A stretch of DNA of 64,000 nt from the NCBI GenBank assembly GCA_050015075.1, contig JBEKCB010000003.1, positions 160,001 to 224,000 of the forward strand. Direction: 5' to 3'. Positions within the stretch are counted from its first letter, which is position 1, and each line of letters starts with the position of its first letter. This stretch comes from Candidatus Brocadiia bacterium (GTDB lineage: Bacteria; Planctomycetota; Brocadiia; CAIUPP01). The notes under the pieces were generated by a model. It had not been told where the DNA came from, did no database searches, and saw only the letters and a list, made by a program, of their open reading frames with translations. Of this stretch, positions 8,823 through 17,319 are shown piece after piece. A program made the translations under genes and the position numbers.

Positions 8823-9563
8823 TCAGCGCGTCTGCAATCTCACCGCCCTCGGCGCCTCAACCGGGCCGCCGGCCGTCGCGCTCAAGCGCAGCACCGACGC
8901 GCGTCCGCCCAGGTCGCACGTCACCGAGAATGCCGCGTCGCCGTCGCGCCGGCATGAGAAGCGCGGCGTCGGCTCGCCCGCGCGCCGCGGACAAAACACG
9001 GTCAGCGTCTCGACCGCCGGCGCGGTGAGCGAAAGCCTGACCTGCGGCCGGCCGCGGTTGTCGCCGAGCGCCAGTTCCGGCGCCGGCGCGCGCGGCCAGA
9101 GCACCTCCGCCACGCAGATGTTCTCCGCGCCGTGGATCACGAACCGCGCGCCGACGCCGAGCGAAATGCGATTGTGCGCGTCCGTGTGCCAAAGGAGGTC
9201 CGCGGTGAACGGGCGGCCGTCCTTCTCATTCACGTCGAGCACCGCCAGGTAAGGCGCGGGGCTGGCGCGGACGAGCACCACTCGCCGCAGCGCGCGGCGC
9301 ACGCGGCCGTCCGGCCCGGCGCATGAGGCCGCATCGGCGAGCGTGGTGTCGAACGCCTCCGTCTCCTGCCCGCCGAGCAACCTGCGTTTCGTATCAGCCG
9401 CGCGGACGTCGCCGCAGCCGTCGTCCACCAGGAACGTCTCGCCCAGCGCGCAAAACGCCGCAGAGTTGAAATCACTCTCGCGCTCGCGCGCGCACTGCTG
9501 GCCCCCGCAGAAGTGCGTGACGCGCCAGTCGGATGAGGCTTGGTCTTTTGGAGAGACCGCCAT
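8823..9563 (-). CDS. Hypothetical protein resembling a heparinase II/III-like C-terminal domain; possibly 5'-truncated
   Basis: DFNS...GETFLVDDG and LLWHT motifs; GC3-rich codon usage; start uncertain and lies beside a repeat. Confidence 0.45.
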   Translation of the reverse strand: MAVSPKDQASSDWRVTHFCGGQQCARERESDFNSAAFCALGETFLVDDGCGDVRAADTKRRLLGGQETEAFDTTLADAASCAGPDGRVRRALRRVVLVRASPAPYLAVLDVNEKDGRPFTADLLWHTDAHNRISLGVGARFVIHGAENICVAEVLWPRAPAPELALGDNRGRPQVRLSLTAPAVETLTVFCPRRAGEPTPRFSCRRDGDAAFSVTCDLGGRASVLRLSATAGGPVEAPRAVRLQTR

Positions 9564-9593
9564 ATCAGAATTCATCTCGTCTTCGTCCGCCAT

Positions 9594-9674
9594 CTCGTCC
9601 TCGTCCTCGCTCTCGTCCTCGTCCTCGGCCGTTCGTCACACTAGTTCGAGGACGAGGACGACGACGAGGACGAT
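9594..9674. repeat. Hexamer-armed palindrome (TCCTCG)n...(CGAGGA)n, copy 1
   Basis: tcgtcctcgtcctcgctctcgtcctcgtcctcg-spacer-cgaggacgaggacgacgacgaggacga. Confidence 0.85.
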
Positions 9675-9687
9675 AGCTTCGCGTCGC

Positions 9688-10803
9688 TCACCCATTAAAA
9701 ATCCGATCCGCCGCGTCGAGCCATTCCAGGTAGTTGCGCGCGTAGATTTCCGGGCAGGGCCGCTCGAACGGCGTGCCGGTCGGCGACAGGATGTACCCGG
9801 TCCGCCCGTTGACCACGCGCGCGATCTCCTCGACCTTGCGCGTCATCCGGCCCGGCGGCGCGGTGTAGAGATCCTGGTCCTGAAGGTAGCCCATCAACCC
9901 GATGCGCCCTTCCGCCTGCTGCATCAGTTCGGCGAGCTTGATGTCCCCCTGGTCCGGCGGCTCGATCGGCTCGAGCAGGTCCGCGCCGGTCTTGAGAATC
10001 TCCGGGAAAATTTCCCGCACGCGCCCGTGGCAGTGGATGCCGCAGAGCAGGCCGCCGCCGTGGATGATCTCCGTCAACTTGCTCAGATATGGCGTGACAA
10101 GCCTGCCGAAGAGCGAAGGCGACATCGCCGGCGGCGTGCAGATTTCGGGGCCGTCGGTGTGGAGGACGCAGTCGAGGCCGTGGCAGGCGGCGACGATCCG
10201 GCGCAGGTCCTCGCTGCAGCGCTCGAATGCCCAGTCCTCCATGCGCTGGACCGCGGGCAGGTCGGTCATGCAGCGCTCGCGGAAATCGTCGAAGTCGAAG
10301 AGCCCCGCGACGGCGGACATCGGCTCGGCGAACGCGATGCCCATCACCGCGCGGTCGCCGGCGGAGACATGGAACTCGCGGGCGCGCATGATGTCAACTT
10401 CCGGCGGATCGTACGGCAGCGAGAGAATGCATTCGATGTCCGCGTCGGAGGTGATGAACGGCTTGACCAGCCGCGCGGGCTTGCCCTCGGGCATGCTCAT
10501 CGTCTCGGTCAGGTCGCCCTCCGGCGTGTGGAGAATCGTGCGCCGGACGCGCGCGTCGCCGACACCCTCGATGCGCCGGTCGAGCAGGCCCGGCCGCTGG
10601 CGGATCAATCCATGCGCCGGCGGCAGGACGCTGATCTTCGCGAACGCGCCCGCGCATTGTTCGATCTTGCTCAGCAGCGGCGCGTAAGTCGGGTCCTCGG
10701 CGTGGCCGCTGCCCGCATACGGGAACAGGTTATATGCCGAGAACGGCACGCGGTCCACCGGCCGTCGGCGCATTGCGGCAAGCATACGCTCTTTGCGAGT
10801 CAT
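9688..10803 (-). CDS. Uroporphyrinogen decarboxylase family protein (MtaA/CmuA-like)
   Basis: MTRKERMLAAMRRRPVDRVP, TPEGDL, MSPSLF, IHCHG, PIEPP, GYILSP. Confidence 0.85.
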   Translation of the reverse strand: MTRKERMLAAMRRRPVDRVPFSAYNLFPYAGSGHAEDPTYAPLLSKIEQCAGAFAKISVLPPAHGLIRQRPGLLDRRIEGVGDARVRRTILHTPEGDLTETMSMPEGKPARLVKPFITSDADIECILSLPYDPPEVDIMRAREFHVSAGDRAVMGIAFAEPMSAVAGLFDFDDFRERCMTDLPAVQRMEDWAFERCSEDLRRIVAACHGLDCVLHTDGPEICTPPAMSPSLFGRLVTPYLSKLTEIIHGGGLLCGIHCHGRVREIFPEILKTGADLLEPIEPPDQGDIKLAELMQQAEGRIGLMGYLQDQDLYTAPPGRMTRKVEEIARVVNGRTGYILSPTGTPFERPCPEIYARNYLEWLDAADRIFNG

Positions 10804-11004
10804 AAGACTAGCCCCTATAAGTCTTTACACACGCCGGGCCGCGTTCGTCATAAGATGCTTTTGGGCAGTGCTTTGCGTCAAATTGGATTCGTTTTTTCAA
10901 ATCACCTTTTGCGCGTTATCTTCTTCCCCTGCATCATCTTGCAACTTCCCATACCACCGAGCGCAGTATACCATAATATTTCTGACTTGTCAAGTAAGCA
11001 CCCG

Positions 11005-12816
11005 CTATTTTTTCTGCGCCGGATGTTCAGCCAGATACTTGCGCAGCATCTCCGCAATATCCTCGTGGCCCTGTTTCGCCGCGTACGTTATCGGCGTCCT
11101 TGCATTGGGCTCGGTGTAGAGCGCCTCGGCCGCGTCCGGCTGCGCGCCGGCGGCCAGGAGCGCTTGGACGACGTCCTTGCGCCCGGCGCCGGCGGCCCAG
11201 AAGAGTGGCGTGCGGCCCCAGCGGTCGCGCGCCTCGATCTGCGCGCCTTTCGAGATGAGCAGTTGCGCGATTTCCTTTGTGACGGCCAGATGCAGCGGCG
11301 TCTGATTCGCGAGCGCCAGCGCATTCACGTCCGCGCCCTTCGCCAGGAGTTCCTCGACAGCCGCCAGGTCGCCGCGGTTGGCCGCGCGATGCAGCGGCGT
11401 CAAGCCGAGGCGATCCACGTCCGGCTGCGCGGCCTGAGCAGCTGCATTGGGAGGCCTTTCCCTTTCCTGCTCTTCCGCTACGGAGAGCTTCCAGTCGTTG
11501 GTTTGAAAACGGATCAAATCCATGGTGGAATCCACACGCGATCTAAAGATACCGTCCTTTACACGCTGGTTGACGCCCTCCCCAATGAACTCCGCCCCGC
11601 CGGTATCCGTGAGCTCCGCACCGACACTCCAAACCAACCAGCCTCCCTTAGTGGTCCTGTAGCGCAGCGGCTTGGCCGAGAACGGATCGAGCGGGACCTT
11701 CGGCAGGAACTCGGGGCAGAGCGCGTCGAGAGTCTCCGGCAGCTTGCCGTGCTGTCGCTCGTAGAGCGCGATGGCCGCGCGGATCTGAAGCACGCGGAGC
11801 TGCGTGTCCATTCGGCTGAGCAGCACCCGCCAACCCCAGAACCCCACGAGAGCTTCATCATACCCTGGGCCTATCGGCGTGTCCTGCTGCAGCCACCTTT
11901 GAGCAGCGGGGTTGTTGATGATCTCGTAAACAGGAAGATCCGCGTCCTTCCGGGTAGCCACGAAGGTTCGGCTGTGTCCGTGGATGATATCGGTTATCTT
12001 CTTGGCTATCCTCGTGCGGAGCCCGCCGGCGCGAAGACATGCGGCAGTATATTCCGCATCACATTCGACACTGTCCGCGATCTCTCCAGGCCTCGTCTCG
12101 GCCTCCGGACAGGACTGGATGATTTTCCTCAGATCGTCGTCCGGCAACTCAGCGTTCGCGACTAACCGGTCGAGTGATGTTGCGCCAATGGAAACGATGA
12201 GCAAGCCAATGGAGATCTGGAAATTAACTCCGTTCCGAAGCTGCGCGCCGATACGAAGGCAGGCCAGGTAAGGCTCGACAGCGGCATGCGGCCTGTCGTT
12301 TAGTTCCTCGGCAAGCCCGGCATTGCCGAAGCGCCTGCCCAACGTCCACAGCGAGGCCAGGCAATATTTGCAGGGATCCGGATAGCCGTTCGCTGCGCCC
12401 GAATGGTTCACTGTGCTTATGAAGATCGGCATCCGGCAGACCGAATGCGAGTGCGCCTCGACGGCCATGTCCATCGCCGGCTTGTTCGCCGCCACCCACG
12501 CCTCGAGCGCGGCCAGGTCGCCTGTGTACGGATACCAGGACTCGCCCGTGCCCGCAGGAGCGCCGTCGCTCTTCATCAGGCTGACGGCCTTCGCATAGTA
12601 GAATGCCACATTCTCTTCCACCGGGACGGTCGGCCACAGAACGGGGAACTGCTTCAGTTCTTTCGCGGTCGGATGCCGCAGCATGGCGGAATCGGAGAGG
12701 ATCTTGAGCATGGCGGAGTAGTCGTACCATGGCGCAGTGCGCGACGGCGTGCTGGCGCTGAGCAGCAGAAGCGCTCCGCCGAGCAGCAGAAGCGCGGCGC
12801 AGGCGATGATCGCCAT
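11005..12816 (-). CDS. Membrane-anchored hypothetical protein with GspG-like C-terminal segment and ankyrin repeats
   Basis: N-terminal TM; LPETLDALCPEFLPKVPLDPFSAKPLRY...WSVG; TPLHRAA/TPLHLAV/TPLFWAA/TPITYAA ankyrins. Confidence 0.8.
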   Translation of the reverse strand: MAIIACAALLLLGGALLLLSASTPSRTAPWYDYSAMLKILSDSAMLRHPTAKELKQFPVLWPTVPVEENVAFYYAKAVSLMKSDGAPAGTGESWYPYTGDLAALEAWVAANKPAMDMAVEAHSHSVCRMPIFISTVNHSGAANGYPDPCKYCLASLWTLGRRFGNAGLAEELNDRPHAAVEPYLACLRIGAQLRNGVNFQISIGLLIVSIGATSLDRLVANAELPDDDLRKIIQSCPEAETRPGEIADSVECDAEYTAACLRAGGLRTRIAKKITDIIHGHSRTFVATRKDADLPVYEIINNPAAQRWLQQDTPIGPGYDEALVGFWGWRVLLSRMDTQLRVLQIRAAIALYERQHGKLPETLDALCPEFLPKVPLDPFSAKPLRYRTTKGGWLVWSVGAELTDTGGAEFIGEGVNQRVKDGIFRSRVDSTMDLIRFQTNDWKLSVAEEQERERPPNAAAQAAQPDVDRLGLTPLHRAANRGDLAAVEELLAKGADVNALALANQTPLHLAVTKEIAQLLISKGAQIEARDRWGRTPLFWAAGAGRKDVVQALLAAGAQPDAAEALYTEPNARTPITYAAKQGHEDIAEMLRKYLAEHPAQKK

Positions 12817-12919
12817 CCGTGGAAATCGGCGACGAAAGTTTTTTTCTATCCTGGGCCCTCACTACGGCGGAAGCGGGACTACTGAGGCATTGTAATGGTC
12901 AACTGTTGCGGGTACAAGA

Positions 12920-13027
12920 GATTTGGACATTGGAAATTGGGAGATGGGAAAATTGGGTGATTAGGAAGTGAGGTGCAATCTCCGAATTACCCAATCTCCT
13001 AATCACCTAATCTCCCAGTCACCCATT
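12920..13027. repeat. Octamer-armed palindrome (GAGATTGG-like)n...(CCAATCTC-like)n, copy 1
   Basis: Degenerate 8-mer arrays in inverted orientation; overlaps the stop codon of the 3D-domain gene. Confidence 0.8.
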
Positions 13028-13420
13028 GTTCTTCCAAATCCACACCTGCCGCTTCTGCACGCCCCATTGCACGGCGTCGTTGTACTTCTGGAAGAAGAGT
13101 TCGACGCGCCGGCCTTTGATCGCGCCGCCCCGGTCGTGGACCTCGACGAGGCCGACGCCTTCGATCCAGAGTTTGGTCCCGAACGGGATGTCCTTCGGCG
13201 CGGAGACCAGGACTCCTTTGAAGCCGGGCGCGTAGGTGCCGTCGGCAGTGATGCCGTCGGATTTCCCGCAGCAGGCCACGCACGCGGAGTAGCCGGTGAC
13301 GCGGTATTCGCCCATCGGCGTCCAGGTCCCGCGCGGCGCAGGCGCGGTCGCGGGCGCAACCGCGGCGGCCGACGCTGTAAGGATCAGGAATAAGATGGGA
13401 ATCGTTATGATTGTTTTCAT
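13019..13420 (-). CDS. 3D (Asp-Asp-Asp) domain secreted protein
   Basis: Signal peptide; VTGYS, GITADG, IPFGTKLWIEGVG, HDRGGAIKGRRVELF; GGGGAGG RBS. Confidence 0.9.
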   Translation of the reverse strand: MKTIITIPILFLILTASAAAVAPATAPAPRGTWTPMGEYRVTGYSACVACCGKSDGITADGTYAPGFKGVLVSAPKDIPFGTKLWIEGVGLVEVHDRGGAIKGRRVELFFQKYNDAVQWGVQKRQVWIWKNNG

Positions 13421-13563
13421 GGCTTGTCCTCCCCTCTGTAAGTATACAACGCGATTTCGGCGTGTGCGGGACCGGCGCGCGAGAATATGATGAAACCGCC
13501 AATAATGACGGGCGTTTCCTCGCGTTCCAAAATCCTCGCCGCCGCGCCGGATTTTCGCCGGTG

Positions 13564-13678
13564 ATCGTCCTCGTCGTCAGCTTTGCATCGTCCTCGTCCT
13601 CGCTCTTGTCCTCGTCCTCGAACGGCAGTTCTGAACCGACGGCCGAGGACGAGGACGACGACGAGGACGAGGACGATT
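13564..13678. repeat. Hexamer-armed palindrome, copy 2
   Basis: Same arms as 9594-9674; the ggccg-containing junction is on the opposite side. Confidence 0.85.
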
Positions 13679-13781
13679 CGAGGAGTCGCATGCGAGTTCC
13701 GCATGACATTTTCCAACACGCAGGTTATAATCCGCGGAGGGGCTATGAGCCGGACGGGAAGCTCTTTATAAGGAGAAGGCG

Positions 13782-14759
13782 ATGGCGGCGCAGATCATCA
13801 ACGGCGAGGCGGTGGCGGCGGAAGTCACGGCCGCACTGAAGAAGGACGTCGAGGCGCTCAAGGCGAAGGGCGTCGCGCCGAAGCTGACGGCGGTGATCGC
13901 CACCGACAACAAGGGCGCGCGCATCTACGCCAGCAACCAGGCGAAGACCTGCGAGAAGATCGGCGTCGCCTACCAGCTCAGCGAGCTGCCGCCGGCGAGC
14001 ACCGAGGCGGAGATCATCGCGGCGATTCAAAAATTGAACGCCGATGCCTCCGTCAGCGGCATCATCATCCAGATGCCGCTGCCGGACGGCGTCAACGCGC
14101 GGCGGCTCCAGGCGATGATCGCCGCGTCGAAGGACGTCGAGGGCATGAGCCCGGCGAACCAGGGGCGCGTGGTGTACGCGCCGCAGCCGTTCTACCGCAA
14201 GCCGCAGGCGGGCGAGCCGGGCTACGCGGACTGGCTCGAGAAGTCGCTCGGCTGGCCGCTGCCGGCGCCGGCGCCCTGCACGCCCTGCGGCGCGATGATG
14301 CTCATCCGCTCGCTCAAGCTGGATCTCTACGGCAAGGAGGCCGTCGTCGTCGGCCACAGCGAGATCGTCGGCAAGCCGATGGCGCTGCTGCTGGTGGCGC
14401 ACTTCTGCACGACGACCTGGTGCCACATCGGCACGCGCGACCTGGCCGCGCACACGCGCCGCGCGGACATCCTCTGCGTCGGCGCCGGCAAGGCCGGCCT
14501 GGTCAAGGGCGACATGGTCAAGCCCGGCTCGGTGGTGATTGACATCGGCATCAACCGCATCCAGGAGACCGGCCCCGACGGCAAGCCCGTCCTCGACGAG
14601 AAGGGCCGGCCGAAGATGAAGACGGTCGGCGACGTGGAGTTCGACAAGGCGAAGGAGGTGGCCGGCTACATCACGCCCGTGCCCGGCGGCGTCGGGCCGA
14701 TGACCGTGGCGATGCTGCTGCGCAACACCGTCGAGGCGGCGAAGGCGCAGGTGAAGTAA
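13782..14759 (+). CDS. folD: Methylenetetrahydrofolate dehydrogenase/cyclohydrolase family protein
   Basis: GIIIQMPLP, KDVEG, PCTP, VVVGHSEIVGKP, VIDIGIN, GDV, ITPVPGGVGPMT. Confidence 0.95.
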   Translation: MAAQIINGEAVAAEVTAALKKDVEALKAKGVAPKLTAVIATDNKGARIYASNQAKTCEKIGVAYQLSELPPASTEAEIIAAIQKLNADASVSGIIIQMPLPDGVNARRLQAMIAASKDVEGMSPANQGRVVYAPQPFYRKPQAGEPGYADWLEKSLGWPLPAPAPCTPCGAMMLIRSLKLDLYGKEAVVVGHSEIVGKPMALLLVAHFCTTTWCHIGTRDLAAHTRRADILCVGAGKAGLVKGDMVKPGSVVIDIGINRIQETGPDGKPVLDEKGRPKMKTVGDVEFDKAKEVAGYITPVPGGVGPMTVAMLLRNTVEAAKAQVK

Positions 14760-14771
14760 AACAGCCTGTGT

Positions 14772-14926
14772 TAAACCACCAAGGCAGCAAGGCGCAAAGA
14801 GAAAACGGCTTCCACCACGGAATACGCGAAGCACACGGAATGACTTTTCTAAATAGCTTCAGTGTCTTCCGTGTGTTCCGTGGTCGCAATACCAGTTGGC
14901 GTTCTTGGTAACTTGGTGGTGATTTA
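14772..14926. repeat. Nested nonamer-armed palindromic element (MITE-like), copy 1
   Basis: Outer CCACCAAGG..CTTGGTGG arms, inner CCACGGAA..TTCCGTGG arms; homologous, inverted, to 59878-60042. Confidence 0.85.
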
Positions 14927-15538
14927 GCGGGCGTAGAGTCGTTTTCGGCGGATGTAGGCGGCGACGGGGTCGGGGACGAGGTAGCGGATCGTCCGGCCGG
15001 CCGCGACGCGGCGGCGGATTTCGGACGAGGAGATCCCGATCAGCGGCATGGCGACCGCGCGCTTGAGGATGGCGCGCGCCGGACGCCGGCCGACGGCGCG
15101 CTCGAGGGCGGCGGCGTTCGGGTTCGCATGCCCGGGCCGGCTCAGAGGGACGAACCGGCAGAGGCGCGCGAGACGGGCGACTTCGCGCCACCCGGTGAGT
15201 TCGGCGACGGTGTCCATCCCGATCAGGAAATAGATTTGCACTCCGGCGCCGAGTTTCTCCCGCAGCGCGCGGACGGTGTCCACCGTGTACGAAATTCCCG
15301 GGCGGCGCAGCTCGATGTCCGAGGCCGAAAACGCGGGATTTCCGGCGACGGCCAGGCGGACCATCGCCAGCCGGTCCGCGCCGTCGGCGAGCGGCGCGGC
15401 GCGCTTGTGCGGCGGGAGCTTCGCCGGGATGAAGATCACGCGCTCGAGGCCCAGCGCCTCGCGCGCCGTCTCCGCCAGGACCAGGTGCCCCAGGTGGATC
15501 GGGTTGAAGCTGCCGCCGAGGATGCCCAGCTTTTTCAC
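14924..15538 (-). CDS. nadD: Nicotinate-nucleotide adenylyltransferase
   Basis: GILGGSFNPIHLGH, PPHK, SYTVDT, FLIGMD, ISSSEIR; GTG start after GAGGAG. Confidence 0.95.
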   Translation of the reverse strand: MKKLGILGGSFNPIHLGHLVLAETAREALGLERVIFIPAKLPPHKRAAPLADGADRLAMVRLAVAGNPAFSASDIELRRPGISYTVDTVRALREKLGAGVQIYFLIGMDTVAELTGWREVARLARLCRFVPLSRPGHANPNAAALERAVGRRPARAILKRAVAMPLIGISSSEIRRRVAAGRTIRYLVPDPVAAYIRRKRLYAR

Positions 15539-15599
15539 GCGCGCTCCTCTCGCTATGACCGGTTGAATTCTATCCGCGCGCGGCGGCGTTTGCAATTTC

Positions 15600-15628
15600 T
15601 TGACAGTGCCCCGCCGGTGTGCTAGCAT
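15600..15628 (+). promoter_or_regulatory. Sigma70-type promoter
   Basis: TTGACA-17 bp-TAGCAT with extended TG. Confidence 0.65.
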
Positions 15629-15682
15629 TCTGAACGATGCGCAGCGGGCAGGCATTTTTGAGTGCGGCTGAGGGAGCGTGCC

Positions 15683-15898
15683 ATGTCGTGGCTGCCCAAT
15701 TTTGATACCCTTTCGGACCAGGAGCAGCCCTGGTTCATCTACGTCATCGTCCTGGTGACGCTGGCCCAGTTGCTGATGCTGTCGCTGGTGCTCGTGCTGT
15801 TCTACAAAGTGCAGCGCCTGGTGGAGAAGCTCGACCGCATTTCCACCGACGCCGGAAAGTTCGTCCAGATGGGGATGATGTACTTCAAGAAACAGTAG
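15683..15898 (+). CDS. Small single-pass membrane protein
   Basis: GAGGGAG RBS, one TM helix, typical codon usage, upstream of larC. Confidence 0.7.
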   Translation: MSWLPNFDTLSDQEQPWFIYVIVLVTLAQLLMLSLVLVLFYKVQRLVEKLDRISTDAGKFVQMGMMYFKKQ

Positions 15899-15948
15899 CG
15901 CCGCCGCGCCCCGCCCGCCGCTGCCGCGAATGAGGAAAGAGCCCGACC

Positions 15949-17133
15949 ATGAGCGAGACCGTCGCGTACTTCGACTGCTTCTCCGGCGCCAGCGGCGACA
16001 TGATCCTCGGCGCGCTGCTCGACTGCGGGCTGCCGCTGGAGGCGCTCGTGGCCGACCTGGCGCTGCTCGCGCCCGGGCTGATCCGGCTCCGCGCCGAGAA
16101 GGTCCTGCGCGGCGGCATCCGCGCGCTGCAGGTGACGGTCGAGACCGCCGACGAGCCGCAGCCTCCGCACCGCAGCCTGGAGACGATCCGCGCGATGATC
16201 CTCGGCTCGCGCCTGCCGGAGCGCGTGAAGGAGCGCGCGATGGCGGTCTTCACGCGGCTCGGCGAGGCCGAAGCGGCGATCCATGACGTGCCCGTCGAGA
16301 AGATCCACTTCCACGAAGTCGGCGCGCTCGACGCGATCGCGGACATCGTCGGCGCGGTCGCGGGCCTCGAGCGGCTCGGCGTCGGCGCGGTGTTCTTCTC
16401 GACGCTGCACCTCGGCGGCGGCACGGTGAAATCGCAGCACGGCACGCTGCCGGTGCCCGCGCCGGCGACGGCTGCTCTGGTCGCCGGCTTGCAATGCGAA
16501 CTCGGCCCGATCTCGCGCGAACTGCTCACGCCGACCGGCGCGGCGATCCTGACCACGCTGGGCCGGCAGGGCTCGCCCGGCCCGCTGCGGGTCGAGCGCG
16601 TCGGCTACGGCGCGGGCTCGCGCGACAACGCGGACCACCCGAACGTCCTGCGGCTGATGCTCGGACAGGCGGCGCCCGCGGCCGAGGCGGACGCGGCCTG
16701 GGTGATCGAGGTCAACCTCGACGACACGACCGCCGAGGTCATCGGCCACACCATCGAGCAGCTTCTCGCCGCCGGCGCGCTCGACGCCTGGGCGGCGCCG
16801 CTCCAGATGAAGAAATCGCGGCCGGGCTGGATGCTCTGCGCGATCGTCCAGGACGAGTCGCTCCGCCGCGCCGAGGAAATCCTCTTCCGCGAGACCACCA
16901 CCTTCGGCATCCGCCGCCACCGCGTCGAGCGGGCCAAGCTCGCGCGCGAGCTGCGCGCCGTCGAGACGCCGTTCGGCCCCGTCCGCGTCAAGGTCGGCAC
17001 GCGCGACGGAAAGCTCGTCACCGCGTCGCCGGAGTACGAGGACTGCCGCCGCATCGCGCTCGAAAAAAACGTCCCGCTGCGCGAGGTCATGGACGCGGCG
17101 CGGAGGGCATTCGACGGAGAACGGCGAACCTAG
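15949..17133 (+). CDS. larC: Nickel pincer cofactor biosynthesis / nickel insertion protein LarC (DUF111)
   Basis: YFDCFSGASGDMILGAL, IHFHEVGALD, HGTLPVPAPAT, TPTGAA, NLDD, MKKSRPG, PEYEDC. Confidence 0.93.
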   Translation: MSETVAYFDCFSGASGDMILGALLDCGLPLEALVADLALLAPGLIRLRAEKVLRGGIRALQVTVETADEPQPPHRSLETIRAMILGSRLPERVKERAMAVFTRLGEAEAAIHDVPVEKIHFHEVGALDAIADIVGAVAGLERLGVGAVFFSTLHLGGGTVKSQHGTLPVPAPATAALVAGLQCELGPISRELLTPTGAAILTTLGRQGSPGPLRVERVGYGAGSRDNADHPNVLRLMLGQAAPAAEADAAWVIEVNLDDTTAEVIGHTIEQLLAAGALDAWAAPLQMKKSRPGWMLCAIVQDESLRRAEEILFRETTTFGIRRHRVERAKLARELRAVETPFGPVRVKVGTRDGKLVTASPEYEDCRRIALEKNVPLREVMDAARRAFDGERRT

Positions 17134-17154
17134 AACACCCGACGCCGAAGTGGT

Positions 17155-17319
17155 AGTGTGGCGTTTCGGAAATAAGTTCCGTAATACGCGGTCATTCCGA
17201 GCGAAGCGAGGAATCTCATACGCAGCGTGCAGGCAACGGTTTGTGGTATGAGACCCTTCGCTGCGCTCAGGGTGACGCGGTCTGGACTCAAGCGTGCCAC
17301 TTCCGGAATACGATACTAG
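17155..17319. repeat. Nested palindromic element (GTCATTCCGAGCGAAGCGAGGAATCTC-type core inside TAGTGT...ATACTAG arms)
   Basis: Inner IR 17191-17276 gtcattccgagcgaagcgaggaatctc...gagacccttcgctgcgctcagggtgac; between convergent genes. Confidence 0.7.

Noticed and set aside
10850-11000. AT-rich tract with a weak GG-N10-GC sigma54-like match
   Set aside because: Poor consensus and it points away from the nearest gene start.
9343-12165. 940-aa plus-strand ORF and many other long overlapping ORFs (e.g. 34346-36376, 38418-40484, 17670-19418)
   Set aside because: Antisense shadows of well-supported genes, expected in high-GC DNA; no motifs.
12999-13839. Poly-Ser and poly-Glu/Asp ORFs
   Set aside because: Translation artefacts of the hexamer palindrome.
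15949-17133. larC as part of hydrogenase nickel maturation
   Set aside because: LarC serves the nickel-pincer cofactor, lies 10 kb from the operon, and nothing in the sequence links the two.
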